From positions 17,634-81,633 of the forward strand of contig DINU01000003.1 of assembly GCA_002426885.1 (NCBI GenBank): a DNA stretch of 64,000 bases, read 5' to 3'. Shown one piece after another: positions 1 to 11,396 of this stretch. Below the pieces are notes generated by a model. The model saw nothing but the letters and a program-made list of their open reading frames with translations. It did no database searches and was not told the DNA's origin. The position numbers and the translations under genes were made by a program. Within the stretch, counting starts at the first letter, position 1. Each line of letters opens with the position of its first letter. This stretch comes from Patescibacteria group bacterium UBA5532. GTDB taxonomy: Bacteria; Patescibacteriota; Gracilibacteria; BD1-5; UBA2023.

Positions 1-242
1 AAATTAATCAGACTCGTATAGGAAAGGAGTCGTTTTCGTCCATATATATCCGAGAGTTTTCCGAAGGTCATCCCTCAGAGAAAGACACCGATCGCATAAA
101 TCGCCTGACTGTATCAGGTCCACGAGGCACTCATCCCGAATGCACTGATGATTCACGGAAGAAGTGGGATGAAGAGGGACATTCCGAGGATATCGAGAAA
201 CGCGGTCACGAGAATCAGTGGAAGCTGAGATTTTTGGATCAT
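1..242 (-). CDS. MFS-type transporter, N-terminal part (gene continues beyond the left edge)
   Basis: ATG at 242-240 (minus). With TGA=Gly it reads MIQKSQLPLILVTAFLDILGMSLFIPLLPGIISAFGMSASWTGYSQAIYAIGVFLGGMTFGKLSDIYGRKRLL. This covers TM1, TM2 and the G-x-L-S-D-x-x-G-R-K loop typical of MFS_1 drug:H+ antiporters. 3 in-frame TGA. Track ORF 4-267 is another frame and looks spurious. Confidence 0.7.
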
Positions 243-335
243 AGGGTAAAATGAGAAAAATATACATGCAAAATCTTTCGAATTCTATCGAAAGATTTTT
301 GTTTGCAAAAAACGTATAACTTGGAAATAAAGCGA

Positions 336-3300
336 TTATTTTCTTCTTGGTTTTTTATCTTCTCGCATATAGACCTCATAGTAGATTCACTTCACGACGA
401 AGAGCGTCAGGAAGGATGCGGCGATAATTCCGAAGATAATAGTGAATCCCATACCCGACCAGAATGGATCTTTCATCGCGATCGGCACCATACCAAGCGC
501 GGTCGTGAGTGTCGTGAGCGTCATCGGCTCCAGTCGAGATGATCCCGCTTCCACGAGCGCCGTAATTCCGCGCATTCATTTCTCGAGATTCTCATTAATC
601 GCAGAGATCAGGATGATTCCGTGGTTCACAGCGATTCCGGTAAAGGCGATAAATCCGATACCAAACGGGATGGAGAACTGATTGCCAGTAAGCAGGAGTC
701 CGATCATAACGAATGGAAGCGACATGATCACTGAGTAGAGGATAATAATAGGCTGCAAGAAACTATTAAACTGGAGTGTCAGGATCGCGAAGATCACGAT
801 AATCGCGAGGAAAAATGATGAGAATGTCGCGATGATCAAATCAGAGTTTTCCTCATTTTCTCATCACTGAGAATAGGAAATGCCTTTCGGGAAATTATAC
901 GTCGAGGCGAATTTATTCAGTTCTGCTTGTTTTGTGAGTATGCTTTCTCCGTCGGCAAGATCAGCATCGACCGTGATCTCGATCTTACCATCGGCACGGA
1001 CGACGCTCGCGATCGCATTTTTTACACGCGTATCGACGAAGTCTCCGACACGATATGATGCCGTCCCGAGAGAAAATGGAATATTTAAGACATCTTCCAT
1101 TCGAGCTCATGAGAGAAATGTATCTGTCTTCAGGATGACGTCCATATCTGATCCATTATTCTCGACTGTTCCGACAGTGACACCGTTCATATTCTGTGTC
1201 ACTGCACTATATATGACTGATGGCGAGACTCCATAGTCTGCGAGAAGATCTTTTTTCAGAGAAAATACGAATTGTCCGGGAGTCTCTGTCGAGCTCGTGC
1301 CGACATTTTTCATGCCATCCATGGATTTCATATGTGCCTGGAAATCCTGAGAAACTTCTATCAGATCAGGAAGATCAGACGTCTCCTCAGCGACGAGCTT
1401 CAGCCCGACTGCTTTCCCCCCGGGAGGACCATTTTCCGCGACAGTACTTGTCACCTTAAATCCTTCTTGTTCGAGGGCAATCAACTTATCATAAATCTCC
1501 GCTTCGAGCTCAAATACAGAACGCTGTCCTTCCGCTTCACGAACTTGAAGTTTCGTGAGCTGAACACTGATACTTGCAGTATTTCCATTGATCGATGTCG
1601 CGACGTACTCGATCTCTGGATACCCAGAGAAGTACGATGTCCACTCTCAGACACGCTCTACCATGGCATCTGTCTCGAGTCAGACAGGTCACTCGATGGT
1701 GAATGTCGTCGATCCATTATCGCTATTCGGGAAGAGATTCATTCCGATCGCTGGAGCGAAAGCAAAAAAACCAAACAAGAAGAATACTACCGGGAGAAAT
1801 ATCGAAATCCGCCGTAATTTCGTATGTTCGAGGAAGTTCCGTAGGACTCACTTATACCACTCAGTTACCCTATGAAGGACACGAATCCGAAGTGGAGCGC
1901 TCGTCTCGAGTGTAAGTGTCTTCCCTTCGCGCTCTAATTCAAGGAGTTCTTTTTCCATTTCATCTGCATATTCCATCACGGAGTCACTCTCGATATATGT
2001 TTTTTTCTCACGAACAAAAAGGAGATAGAGTGCACTATTCACGGTAAGAGCGAGGACGAGTCCGCTCGCAAGGACTCAGAAAATCGTAATCGGAATGTAT
2101 GCGAGGAATTTTCCCATAATGCCCGGAAGCATCATCATCGGGATAAATACGACGATCGTCGTGCTGACTCCTGCGATAATCGGGATCGCATATTCACGCA
2201 GTGCGAGCATGATCGCAGAACGTGGAGAGTATCCGATACGGAGCTTCGCACTCGCAGCCTGGACGATGACGATGATCGTATCGACCGCGATTCAGAATGA
2301 GAGGATAAATGAGAAATTCGTAAGGAAGTTCAGAGAATATCCGAACTGATTCAGGATGATAAACGTGACGAGAAATGCAAGCGGAAGTGTCAGTGTCGCG
2401 AAAAGTGAGTCCTTAAATCCGACGAAGAAAAACATTGCCACGAAGACGAGAATCAGCGTCGTGCCACCCTCGCGAAGAAGATCGCTATAATCATCTCCGA
2501 TCATATCCGCGAGATCATTTCCGTAGATATATCCATAATCTTGGAATTCTTTCTTCTGAAAAAGCTCAGCGATGCGCGCCTTCGCGCCTTCACTCGCCGA
2601 GAAGATGCTCGCCGAGTCAGACTTATTTACTGTCAGTCCGACATAGGTATATGGTATACTTCCTGTCCCGAGCATGAGTGTGTTCGAAGAAGTATCCTTG
2701 TAGGTCCGTTCGATTGTCGCGATATCCCGCAGTCGGACCATATCTCCCGATGGGAGTGTGATCGGAGTATTAAGGAATTCGAAGCTTGTTAAATTCTTTC
2801 ACTCGATACGATAGTCGTATTTTTTTTCTCCGAGGGAAAAGTTGCCGATCGGCTGATCGACATTATACGATCGTACGATACCTGCGATCGAGGAAAGCGT
2901 GAGTCCGAGTGCATCGAGTTTTTCCTTCGGAATAACGATCGATACATCATAGACGGTCGAGTCCCCTGCTCCTCCGACGGTCACATTCGCGCTCGAGAGA
3001 CTTCCTGCACCGAGATCGACGGAGCTGACTCATGCGACTTGCTCGAGCTCTTTCTGGAGTTTCACAGCATGATCGATCATGAGTGCCCGAGAATCAGTAT
3101 TTTTCTTATTATAAATGAAGACTGAGAAAATCTGGTCTGTATTCGTCTCGATATCTGTCACGACGGGCGTGTTCGCATCCGATGGAAGTGAAACACGAGT
3201 GACAGCATTCCGCACATCACTGACGACATCTTTCGAGTTCGCAGTCGTCTTCAGTGTGAGAACGAGCGATGAATATCCGAGCCCCGATGTGCTATCGATC

Positions 3301-3572
3301 GTGTCGATACCTTTTATGTCCTTGATTTCTTTGTAAATCTTATCAGTGACAAGCGAGTCCATATCCTCTGGGTTGGTCCCTGGATATGACGTCGAGATAG
3401 AGATCATCCCGAGTGTGACCGCTGGGCTTGATTCTTTTGGGATCGTGATAGCGGCTGAAAATCCGAGTACGACGAGAAGGATAACTGCGAGGTAGGAAAC
3501 TCGGTATTTTCGTACCCAAAAACCAAAGAATCATTGCTCAAAATAATTTCTCAGTTCTGTAATTCGTAACAT
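336..3572 (-). CDS. RND-family efflux permease (AcrB/AcrD/AcrF type)
   Basis: Track fragments 387-575, 576-839, 864-1100, 1107-1484, 2292-2741, 2799-2984 and 3030-3407 share one frame and are separated only by TGA. The 1485-2291 gap was checked codon by codon and has no TAA/TAG. N-terminus: MLRITELRNYFEQGFFGFWVRKYRVSYLAVILLVVLGF...SYPGTNPEDMDSLVTDKIYKEI. C-terminal TM blocks: LQPIIILYSVIMSLPFVMIGLLLTG and RLEPMTLTTLTTALGMVPIA. Both match ACR_tran architecture. True stop TAA at 336-338. Confidence 0.88.
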
Positions 3573-3606
3573 AGAATAGAAGGTAAATAGCTGAATGAGG
3601 AAAAAA

Positions 3607-5508
3607 TTATTTCGTTTCCTTTACGAGTTTCTGTTTTTCTGGATCAAAATTCTCGATACTCGTCATGATAATCTCGGCATCTGTGGGAAGTGAAGTCAGA
3701 ACCTCGATACTTTCTCATCGAAATGCACCAAGCTGAATAGAGACAGCTTCGGGAAGAAGCTCGCTTCCGCTCCGCGTCAGAAGATAAATCTGTCATTCGT
3801 TCTCACTCACGATATGGATCATATCGAGCGGAAGTGAGAGATCGAGGGAAGAAGTCGTCGATCCACCTCTGACAGTGAAAAAGACTTTTGCTGACTGTCC
3901 GATCATCGATTCCCCGGCTGGGACAGAGATACGTGTCGTGTAGAGAAGATTCGAGTTCGCGATACGCGAGACAGCAATAATCGTCCCGGAAAGTGTCTTT
4001 CCACTGACCTCGATCGAGACGGCATCACCGACCTGAATCCCGTATGCGACAGCTTTCTCTATATCGAGTGAAATCTCTGGCTCGAGCGAGACCATCTCGA
4101 CGGCTGGAGTCCCTGCGTTCAGTGACTCTCCCGGAGAGACCAGAATCTTCGTGATTTTTCCGCTGATTGGTGCATCGATCGTGAGTTTTCCATAGTTCGT
4201 CTGTGCCTGCAAGAGGCTGATCTGTGCATTTTCGATTCCGACATTTGCCTGAGAAATTCAGAGATCGCGATTTCTTCTTGCAGTATCAAGTGTGCGCTGA
4301 GCCTGATCGAGTGCGAGTTCTGCACTTCTCTGTGCATCCTGGAGTCCGATCAGTGTCCGTACATATCCGATCGATGCCCCACTTGCGCTCGTCTCTATAT
4401 TTTTCTCAGCGATCGCGAGCTGTGCCTTCAGAGATGCGAGATTTATCTCTATCGAATTCAGTCCCGTTACTGCCTGAGATTTCCATGCAGAAAACCCAGA
4501 GTTACCTGCAGTAATCTGCGTCTTGTAGCCAGTATAAAGGGAAATCCATCCATCGATCTGAGTCTGTGTCAGTCCACCTCCGACGAGTGTGTTCTGAAAC
4601 ATCGTGATCATAGAGGAGTTAAAATTCCGAGCTGCCGTATAGACTGCGGTGATTTTCGCAGTTTCAGCCTCGACATTTTCTCGTGTGATTACGAGATTCT
4701 CATCAGCACGAAGTGCTCCGATCGCCGCATAAAGATCTCCCCAGTTATTGTCAGAATCATTTTTTATATTTCCGAGCTGTGTCCCGAGAAGTGGCTCATA
4801 GACATCATTATTATGTTCCCAGTATTCACTGATTCCGAGAATCTTGTCTCCATCGTAGAGCATCGCTGTGACTGTCTTATCGACCTCATTTGCATAGAGA
4901 TGAAAGTTTGCATCAAGATTGGTGATCGTATTTTCATAGTCTTGATTTGCGGCTTCAAGATCAAGACGAAGCTTATCGATATTCAGTGAAGCGACGGATC
5001 CAGTATTATTCGGATCTGCGTTATTATAGTCGAGCTGTGCCTGCTTCTCCTGCTCAGCGACATCACGAGTCAGGGTATCGTATGCTCGCTGTGCCTGAGC
5101 GAGTGCGGTCTCCGCATCAGCGACTGCACGATCGAGTGAAAGCCGTGTCGTCTCGAGAGAGGTGCTCTGAGTTTTTACTCATACTTGCGCCTGTCTCAGC
5201 TGGATACCATACATTCCGACGGTGTCTGAAAGCTTTACGAGTGCCCATCATGCCTGCGTAAAATCCCCTTCTTTCAGAGGAATTTCCTGGACTTGTCCGA
5301 CTCATTCACTCGAGAGTGTCAGAGTCGATCCAGCAGTGAGTCGTGCAGAGGACTCGACCGTGTACGTTCCGGAAGATGCCGAGAGATCGAGCGTCTCGAT
5401 GTAAAAAGCGGTTTTCCCAGAGCTTGTATCAGTCCCTGAAGAAGTTCATCCACATGATGTCAGCGAAAGAAGAGAAAAAAGAAAAATAGGAAAAAAGAAC
5501 TTGCGCAT
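3607..5508 (-). CDS. RND efflux periplasmic adaptor (membrane fusion protein), lipoprotein, unusually long (~633 aa)
   Basis: ATG at 5508. Signal plus lipobox: MRKFFFPIFLFSLLSLTSC. MFP-like lipoyl/barrel motifs: GQVQEIPLKEGDFTQAGWALVKL and KLTIDAPISGKITKILVSPGESLNAGTPAVEMV. Fragments 3793-4212 and 4258-4863 are joined by TGA. The region 4864-5508 was translated by hand with no TAA/TAG. TAA at 3607-3609. The gene ends 35 nt upstream of the RND start. Confidence 0.82.
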
Positions 5509-5534
5509 AAAGAAAGCAAGAGAAAAATAAAAAA

Positions 5535-5807
5535 TTATTGATTCATTTCTGATTTTATGTACTCGATAAAGTGCTCGAGATCGTCTGCTTTTATGAGTCA
5601 CACCATCGTATCATGTTTCGTGAATATGAGGAGGGTGTCATCAGGAGCGATCTTCAGAGTATCTCGAATATCTTTCGGGATGACGATCTGTCAGCGTGAA
5701 CCGACTTTTGCAGAACCATGCATCTTCACGCACTGATGTCGGCATATATCAGACTGCTGAGGATCAGATTTCTTTGAGTCCTCATCGTCTGTTTTCGGAA
5801 GAGACAT
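5535..5807 (-). CDS. AbrB/MazE/SpoVT-family DNA-binding protein (90 aa), first gene of the efflux operon
   Basis: No ORF in the track (2 in-frame TGA). Hand translation: MSLPKTDDEDSKKSDPQQSDICRHQCVKMHGSAKVGSRGQIVIPKDIRDTLKIAPDDTLLIFTKHDTMVGLIKADDLEHFIEYIKSEMNQ. The G-x-x-G-Q-I-V-I-P-K-x-I-R motif is the SpoVT-AbrB looped-hinge helix signature. TAA at 5535-5537. Confidence 0.75.
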
Positions 5808-5808
5808 A

Positions 5809-5835
5809 AAAGTATGAAAAGTATGAAAAGTGTAT
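5809..5835. repeat. Tandem 9-bp repeat AAAGTATGA x2.6 abutting the abrB-like start codon
   Basis: aaagtatga aaagtatga aaagtgtat lies directly 5' (minus-strand sense) of the ATG at 5807. On the coding strand this reads ACTTTTCAT ACTTTTCAT ACTTTT-ATG. Confidence 0.8.
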
Positions 5836-6059
5836 TTCCGATGAGTATACTATAAAATTACAAAAAGCAAGTGATTTTTTCTTTTTATACTGTGAGAGAT
5901 TGTCTTGCGAAGATTCTCGCTCCTATATCGAGGAATATCTATAATGTACCGGGTCTCTTATTACTTTTCCCACACCACGAAAGCAGAAAGCCGGAAAAAG
6001 AAAGAAAATAAATTTTGTAAAAAGAAGACCCATCCTATAATAAAACCATTCATTTTATT

Positions 6060-6890
6060 ATGTACCTCATGACTCTTCACTCTTTCTCTTCTCGAACGAA
6101 GATGCTCGTATGATTTCTGGGAGTATTTCTCGCATGAGGTGTGACCTATGCAGTGATAAATTACTCGGAGTGTTTTCCGAATGGATGTGACATATATCAG
6201 TCACAGGCAAATGGATGGACATCTCCGAAGACAACGACGACGAAGGATATCATGACTCCAGAAGGATGTAGACGGATTACGAGGACGAATGCAGTCACAG
6301 ATACGTATTTTATCCCGACGAAAACACTGGCAGAATGGGTCAGTTTCAGAGATAATCCTCCATCAGGAGTCTCTATCGGGACATGTGGTATTAATGGAGT
6401 CTGTGGAGCATCAAAAGGAACATGTTCTGCAGGAACACTCAGTAACTACAATGCATGATCATGTGGTGGAAATGCGACATGGAAATGTCTCGGAAGTAAC
6501 GGAGGAACTACAGCTTCATGTACGTACTATAATACTCCGAGTCCAAATATGGGAAATGTGTGTACCTATCCATGTTATTGGAAGCGAGCGGCGCGATGGC
6601 ACAATCGACCTGCAAGTCTCGGAGGAACAAGTGGAGGAGGTATCTGGTGTAATCCCACCGTTACAGCGCCTATGCCTCCTGCTGATTGGTGAGTGGACTG
6701 GCCTATTCTTCAGTACTATTGTAGTGGGCCAAAGCCAACATCCGCAAACGGTATCAATACGGTTCTCATTTACTACAATAACTGTGAGGACTACCCTCAA
6801 TTGGATCAAACTCGATGTGATGTTATGTGTAGAACTACAGTCAGAGGAAGGGTACAGTGTGATGGATCGTGTGGATGACCATGGCAGTAA
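6060..6890 (+). CDS. Secreted Cys-rich protein (276 aa), function unknown
   Basis: ATG at 6060. N-terminal hydrophobic signal/anchor: MYLMTLHSFSSRTKMLVGFLGVFLAGGVTYAVI. 22 Cys. Contains GINGVCGASKGTCSAGTLSNYNAGSCGGNATWKCLGSNGGTTASCTY, which I recognise as the recurrent G-x-C-G...W-x-C-x-G-x-N-G-G-x-x-x-x-C module of many bacterial surface proteins. 5 in-frame TGA link track ORFs 6141-6458 and 6693-6878. TAA at 6888-6890. Confidence 0.7.
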
Positions 6891-6910
6891 TCGTGAGGAG
6901 AAAGAAAAAA

Positions 6911-6934
6911 GTGCAGACACCCTGCACTTTTTTT
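6911..6934 (+). terminator. Rho-independent terminator
   Basis: GTGCAG-acacc-CTGCAC hairpin followed by TTTTTTT, 20 nt after the stop of the Cys-rich protein gene. Confidence 0.75.
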
Positions 6935-6984
6935 ATATTGCATTTTCCTGAGAATCTCTAGAATTATCGCACTAACGTACTACA

Positions 6985-8151
6985 ATGCCCTTTCTCCCCT
7001 TTCTTCGAAGTTTCTTCTCAGAAGCTTTCTTCCGCACGCTCATCGCGTGGGTACTCCTCATCGGACTCCTCTTTTTTTTCCACTCATTTCTCTGACTCTT
7101 TCTGATTACATTTATATTCTCATATATTTTTTATCAGCTTTCTCATGCGCTTGCGCGATTTCTCCTTCGGAATAGCCCGAAGAAAGGAAGGTTACTTCTC
7201 ATAGAAAAATATCTGAATTATATCGTTAGCGTGGTGTATGTGATCTTTGTCATGCTGATTATTTTTCTCCTGATAAAAATCGTGCCGATCATCATAAAAG
7301 AAGTCGGCGATCTGATCCGTCATGCGCCAATGCTCGTATCCAACATGAATGATATGGCAGTGAGAACAGAAGCGGCTTTTAACATCGATCTCGGACTGAA
7401 TACCTACCTCGCCGAGAAGATCAATACGCAAAATATCGAACAGATCGGGAGTGTCGTCCTGAAAAATCTGAGAGATATCAGTGGGATCGTGATCCAGATC
7501 TTGATCGGACTGTTGCTCTCTTTTATTTTTATTCTCGAGAGAAAAAGTATTATTCGGTTTTTCGATACTTTTAAGGATGGAAGTTTCTGATTTCTCTATG
7601 AAGATTTTGCGTACATCGGGAAGAAATTCGCGAATAACTTCGGATTTATCATGGAAGCGCAGGCGATAATCGCCTTCGTAAATGCGATCCTTACATCTGT
7701 GGGGCTCATGCTTATAAGCTATATTCATGGATGACAGCCATTTCCGTATATTCTGACGCTCTCGTTTATCGTCTTTATTTTCGGATTTATCCCAGTACTC
7801 GGGACGTTCATCTCTGCATTTCCGATACTGCTCATCGGCTACGGATACGGCGCGATCACCGGCGATCAGTATGTGATTATCCTCGCATGTATCGGCATGA
7901 TCGCTGTCATTCATGCAGTCGAGGCGTATTATCTGAATCCACGAATCGTCTCGTCATACATGCATTTTCCTGTTTTTGTGACATTTTTGACACTCATCGT
8001 CGCGGAGCATTTTTTCTGACCGATCGGACTGATTATCGGCGTTCCACTTTTTTCGATTTTCCTCTCACTCATGAAGGACTTCGACCGCTATATTCAGAAG
8101 GTACATGAAACAGTAAAAAATCTTCCCGCAGAAAAATGCCCCCAGAAATAA
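6985..8151 (+). CDS. AI-2E family transporter (PerM/UPF0118)
   Basis: ATG at 6985. 388 aa. TM-rich, with the family-typical C-terminal block GFIPVLGTFISAFPILLIGY...AVIHAVEAYYLNPRIVSSYMHFPVFVTFLTLIVAEHFFGPIGLIIGVPLFSI. In-frame TGA codons at 7588, about 7731 and about 8016. TAA at 8149-8151. Overlaps the miaA start by 16 nt. Confidence 0.8.
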
Positions 8152-9038
8152 GCACATTTCAGAGAGAAAATATACACCCGGTCATTGTCGTGTTCTGACC
8201 GACTGGATCAGGAAAAACATCGCTCTCGATCCGTCTCGCGAAAGAGTGCGATGGAGAGATTATTTCTGTCGATGCGCGACAAATATATCGGGAAATGGAT
8301 ATCGGAACTGGAAAAGTCACGCCCGAAGAAATGGGCGATATTCCACACTATATGATCGATATTCTCTCGCCTGAGATCGCTTTTTCTGTCGTGGAATTTC
8401 AGGAGATGGCGAGGAAAATCCTCGCTGACATCCACGCTCGTGGAAAAATCCCGATCCTCTGCGGTGGAACGGGACTCTATCTCGATAGCCTCATCCTGAG
8501 GCGAAGTTATGCGAGAAATGAACCAGACTGGACGCGACGAAATGAACTGAAAGAACTTTCAGAAAAACGTGGAAATACAGAAATCTGGGAGATGCTTCGT
8601 GCGATCGATCCAGAATCTGCGATGAAAATCCATAAAAACAATATTCACGGTGTTATTCGCGCGATCGAAGTATTCGAGTCGACAGGACGATCAAAAACAG
8701 AGATACAAGACGTTCCAGAGCTTCTTTTTCCAACACTTTTCGTGACGCCATACGATGGGAATCGAGAAAAGCTCTATACGAAGATCGATACTCGTGTGGG
8801 AGAAATGTTTCGAGAATGACTCATCGATGAAGTGAGGCGCCTCCGAGAAAAATATCCGAATGCTCCTGGGCTCAAAACGATCGGATATAAGGAAGTGATC
8901 GAGTGTCTCGATGGAACGATCGATCTCGAGCAATGTAGAGCGCTCGTCGCACAACATAATCGGAACTATGCGAAACGGCAGATCACCTGGAATGCGAAGT
9001 ACTCGACACTCGGGAAAATTCTGACGATCGCCCCATAA
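8136..9038 (+). CDS. miaA: tRNA dimethylallyltransferase
   Basis: MPPEISTFQRENIHPVIVVF[G]PTGSGKTSLSIRLAKECDGEIISVDARQIYREMDIGTGKVTPEE...ILCGGTGLY... The P-loop Gly is encoded by TGA at 8196-8198. A second TGA lies at 8817-8819. TAA at 9036-9038. Confidence 0.93.
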
Positions 9039-9182
9039 ATATGAGTATGGAAATATTCGACGCACTGCTCGACTCACCTATTTTCCAAGCCATGAAGCAT
9101 TTGAATTTCTACCCGTATTTCCTACAGTATCTGAAAATCTCTCCTGAAATCTCAGTCTTGCTTTTACATCTCACATATACCC

Positions 9183-9749
9183 ATGAAAAAATGTCCTTTC
9201 TGCGATAAAGAAATCCAGGATTCTGCGAAAAAATGTCGATACTGCTGAAGGTGGTTGCAAACGGAGGAAAATTCCCGACCACCGACACCACAGGAATCAG
9301 AAGATACTGAGATCTCATGAGATGAAAATCAAGAAGAGAGGTATATAGCTGGGATAGGATGATGGCTCTTGTTGCCTCTTTTTAGTCTATTTGTATCGGT
9401 TATTATTGCATTCCTGAGAATTCAGGGGATCCTATCGATACGATGAGAGGTCGTGGGTGAAGTCATGTACGTTATGAATCTATTGATACTTTTCTATGCG
9501 GTCACGTGATGACTCGCGATCTACTTGATAATTCTTTTTTTTAAGAAAAGTAAATACACGCCGAAGGTGTATATAACCTTTTTGGTTATAAATTTTATAG
9601 TACCTGCATGTATTGTGTACTTCACATACTCCGCTTGATGAGATCCAAATGCGTTCATCCGACCCGTGGGAAGCTCTTTCATATCACTCATACTGTGGTG
9701 ACTCTATTTTCAGAAATCTATCCGAGTCAAAAACACCTTTATTCACTAG
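9183..9749 (+). CDS. Zinc-ribbon plus DUF2569-like membrane protein (188 aa)
   Basis: No ORF in the track (7 in-frame TGA, including two TGA-TGA pairs). Starts MKKCPFCDKEIQDSAKKCRYCG (CxxC...CxxC zinc ribbon). Followed by GIGGWLLLPLFSLFVSVIIAF and further TM helices, as in DUF2569/YdgK proteins. TAG at 9747-9749. Confidence 0.65.
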
Positions 9750-9791
9750 TATACAGCAAGGAAAGGCACCCAGGAAGATAGAGAAAAACGA

Positions 9792-10079
9792 CTACTCACA
9801 CTGCGTACTTCGCCTCTCCATAAGTTTTTGTCGTGCGTGATCGGAAGCATTCAGTATTTTTCAGATCGGTTGCGGTATGTGTGTATCTTCTAGTTTGAGC
9901 CTTTGCTCTTCTCGTAATTCCCTCAAAACTTCTGTGACTCTTTCTGGATTTCTTACTTCCTCGCATGTCAGAGCTGCGATAACGCGCTCTTGAGTATCCT
10001 TCACTACCGGTTGAGGTTTCTGTGCGCTTAATATTAGTCCTCCAACAAGAAGACCTACTACTCACATTGCTTTATGCAT
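9792..10079 (-). CDS. Small membrane-anchored protein (95 aa), unknown function
   Basis: ATG at 10079. MHKAMGVVGLLVGGLILSAQKPQPVVKDTQERVIAALTCEEVRNPERVTEVLRELREEQRLKLEDTHIPQPIGKILNASDHARQKLMERRSTQCE. 2 in-frame TGA. TAG at 9792-9794. Preferred over the overlapping R/S-rich track ORF 9796-10065, which is in another frame. Confidence 0.5.
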
Positions 10080-10251
10080 ATACCATTCATAAAAAAATAA
10101 CAGATAGCCGTTATAGATAAATAATTACTATTGTCAATTTATTTTCATTTTTATCCCACGAGAATTCTCCTCGCGAAACCCGCAAAAAGCATTTTCCTTT
10201 TTTATTTTTCTCCATACAATACGCGGAGATTTTTACTCAAAAGCCAAAAAT

Positions 10252-11385
10252 ATGAACCACTTCGAACGTTCACTCGAACTCCATAAGAAATACCGCGGAA
10301 AACTCGGAACGGTCTCGCTCGTCCCCGTCGAGACGCGCGAAGATCTATCATGGGCGTACTCTCCGGGCGTCGCCGAGCCATGTCGTGCCATCGTAAAACA
10401 TCCCGAGACACTCTACGACTATACCCTGAAGTCACGCACCATCGCGGTCATCTCAGATGGATCCGCTGTCCTCGGACTCGGAAATATCGGACATAGGGCG
10501 AGTCTCCCGGTCATGGAGTGAAAATGTATTCTTTTCCGCAAATTTGCGGAGATCGATGCATTTCCGATCATCATCGGGACGCAAGATATCGACGAGTTCA
10601 TCCAGACAGTAAAAAATATCGCCGACGGATTCGGCGGGATCAATCTTGAAGATATTTCTGCTCCTCGCTGTTTTGAGATCGAGGAACGGCTGAAGCAAGA
10701 GCTCGATATCCCAGTCATGCATGATGATCAGCATGGGACGGCGATCGTCGTACTCGCAGGGATTATCAATGCACTGAAGATTACCGGAAGAAAAAAAGAA
10801 TCCGTAAAAATCGTGCTGAATGGCGCAGGTGCCGCGGGCGTCGCGATCGCGAAGCTCCTCTATCTATATGGGATGAGTCATATTCTCGCCTGTGACTCGA
10901 AAGGGATTCTCCACACTGAACGTGAAAATCTCGATATTTCGAAGCAGAAACTTCTCGAGTTTACGAATGCAGAAAATCGCACCTGAGATCTCAGTGATGC
11001 GCTCGTCGGGGCAGATATATTTATCGGGGTCTCCGCTCCATGAGTCCTCACTCCTGCCATGATCCATGTCATGAATCCTGATCCGATCGTCTTCGCACTC
11101 GCGAATCCGACGCCCGAGATCATGCCAGAAGTCGCGAAACAGGCGGGTGTCCGGATCATCGGGACTGGACGATCTGACTATCCGAATCAGATAAATAATG
11201 TCCTCGGATTTCCGGGTATTTTCCGTGGAGTCCTTCGTTACCATAAGAAAGAAATCACCGACGAGATGAAGATCCGTGCATCAGAAGCGCTCGCGAGCTA
11301 TATCCAGAATCCGACTGAAGATATGATCCTTCCTGATCCACTCGATAAGTGAGTCGTCGAGGTCATCGCAGAGGCTATGCGATAA
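10252..11385 (+). CDS. NAD(P)-dependent malic enzyme (short, about 377 aa form)
   Basis: [16 protein letters not shown]...[25 protein letters not shown][G][16 protein letters not shown]...[22 protein letters not shown]...[15 protein letters not shown]...[10 protein letters not shown]...[21 protein letters not shown]. 4 in-frame TGA join four track ORFs. TAA at 11383-11385. Confidence 0.9.
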
Positions 11386-11396
11386 TTATTTTCTCT

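Noticed and set aside
6289-6951. 220-aa intact plus-strand ORF
   Set aside because: It is an alternative frame of the Cys-rich secreted protein gene. It lacks a signal peptide or motif and runs through the terminator hairpin at 6911-6934.
7192-7914. 240-aa minus-strand ORF
   Set aside because: It is antisense to the AI-2E transporter, whose family motifs are clear. It has a D/E/H/K-rich, low-complexity translation.
9554-9572. Hairpin ATACAC-GCCGAAG-GTGTAT, similar to AAACAC-GCCAGAG-GTGTTT at 50457-50475, as a possible shared RNA motif or terminator
   Set aside because: The first copy lies inside the DUF2569 coding frame (KYTPKVYI). The stems are only 6 bp and neither is placed after a gene end on the appropriate strand. 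This is probably coincidence.
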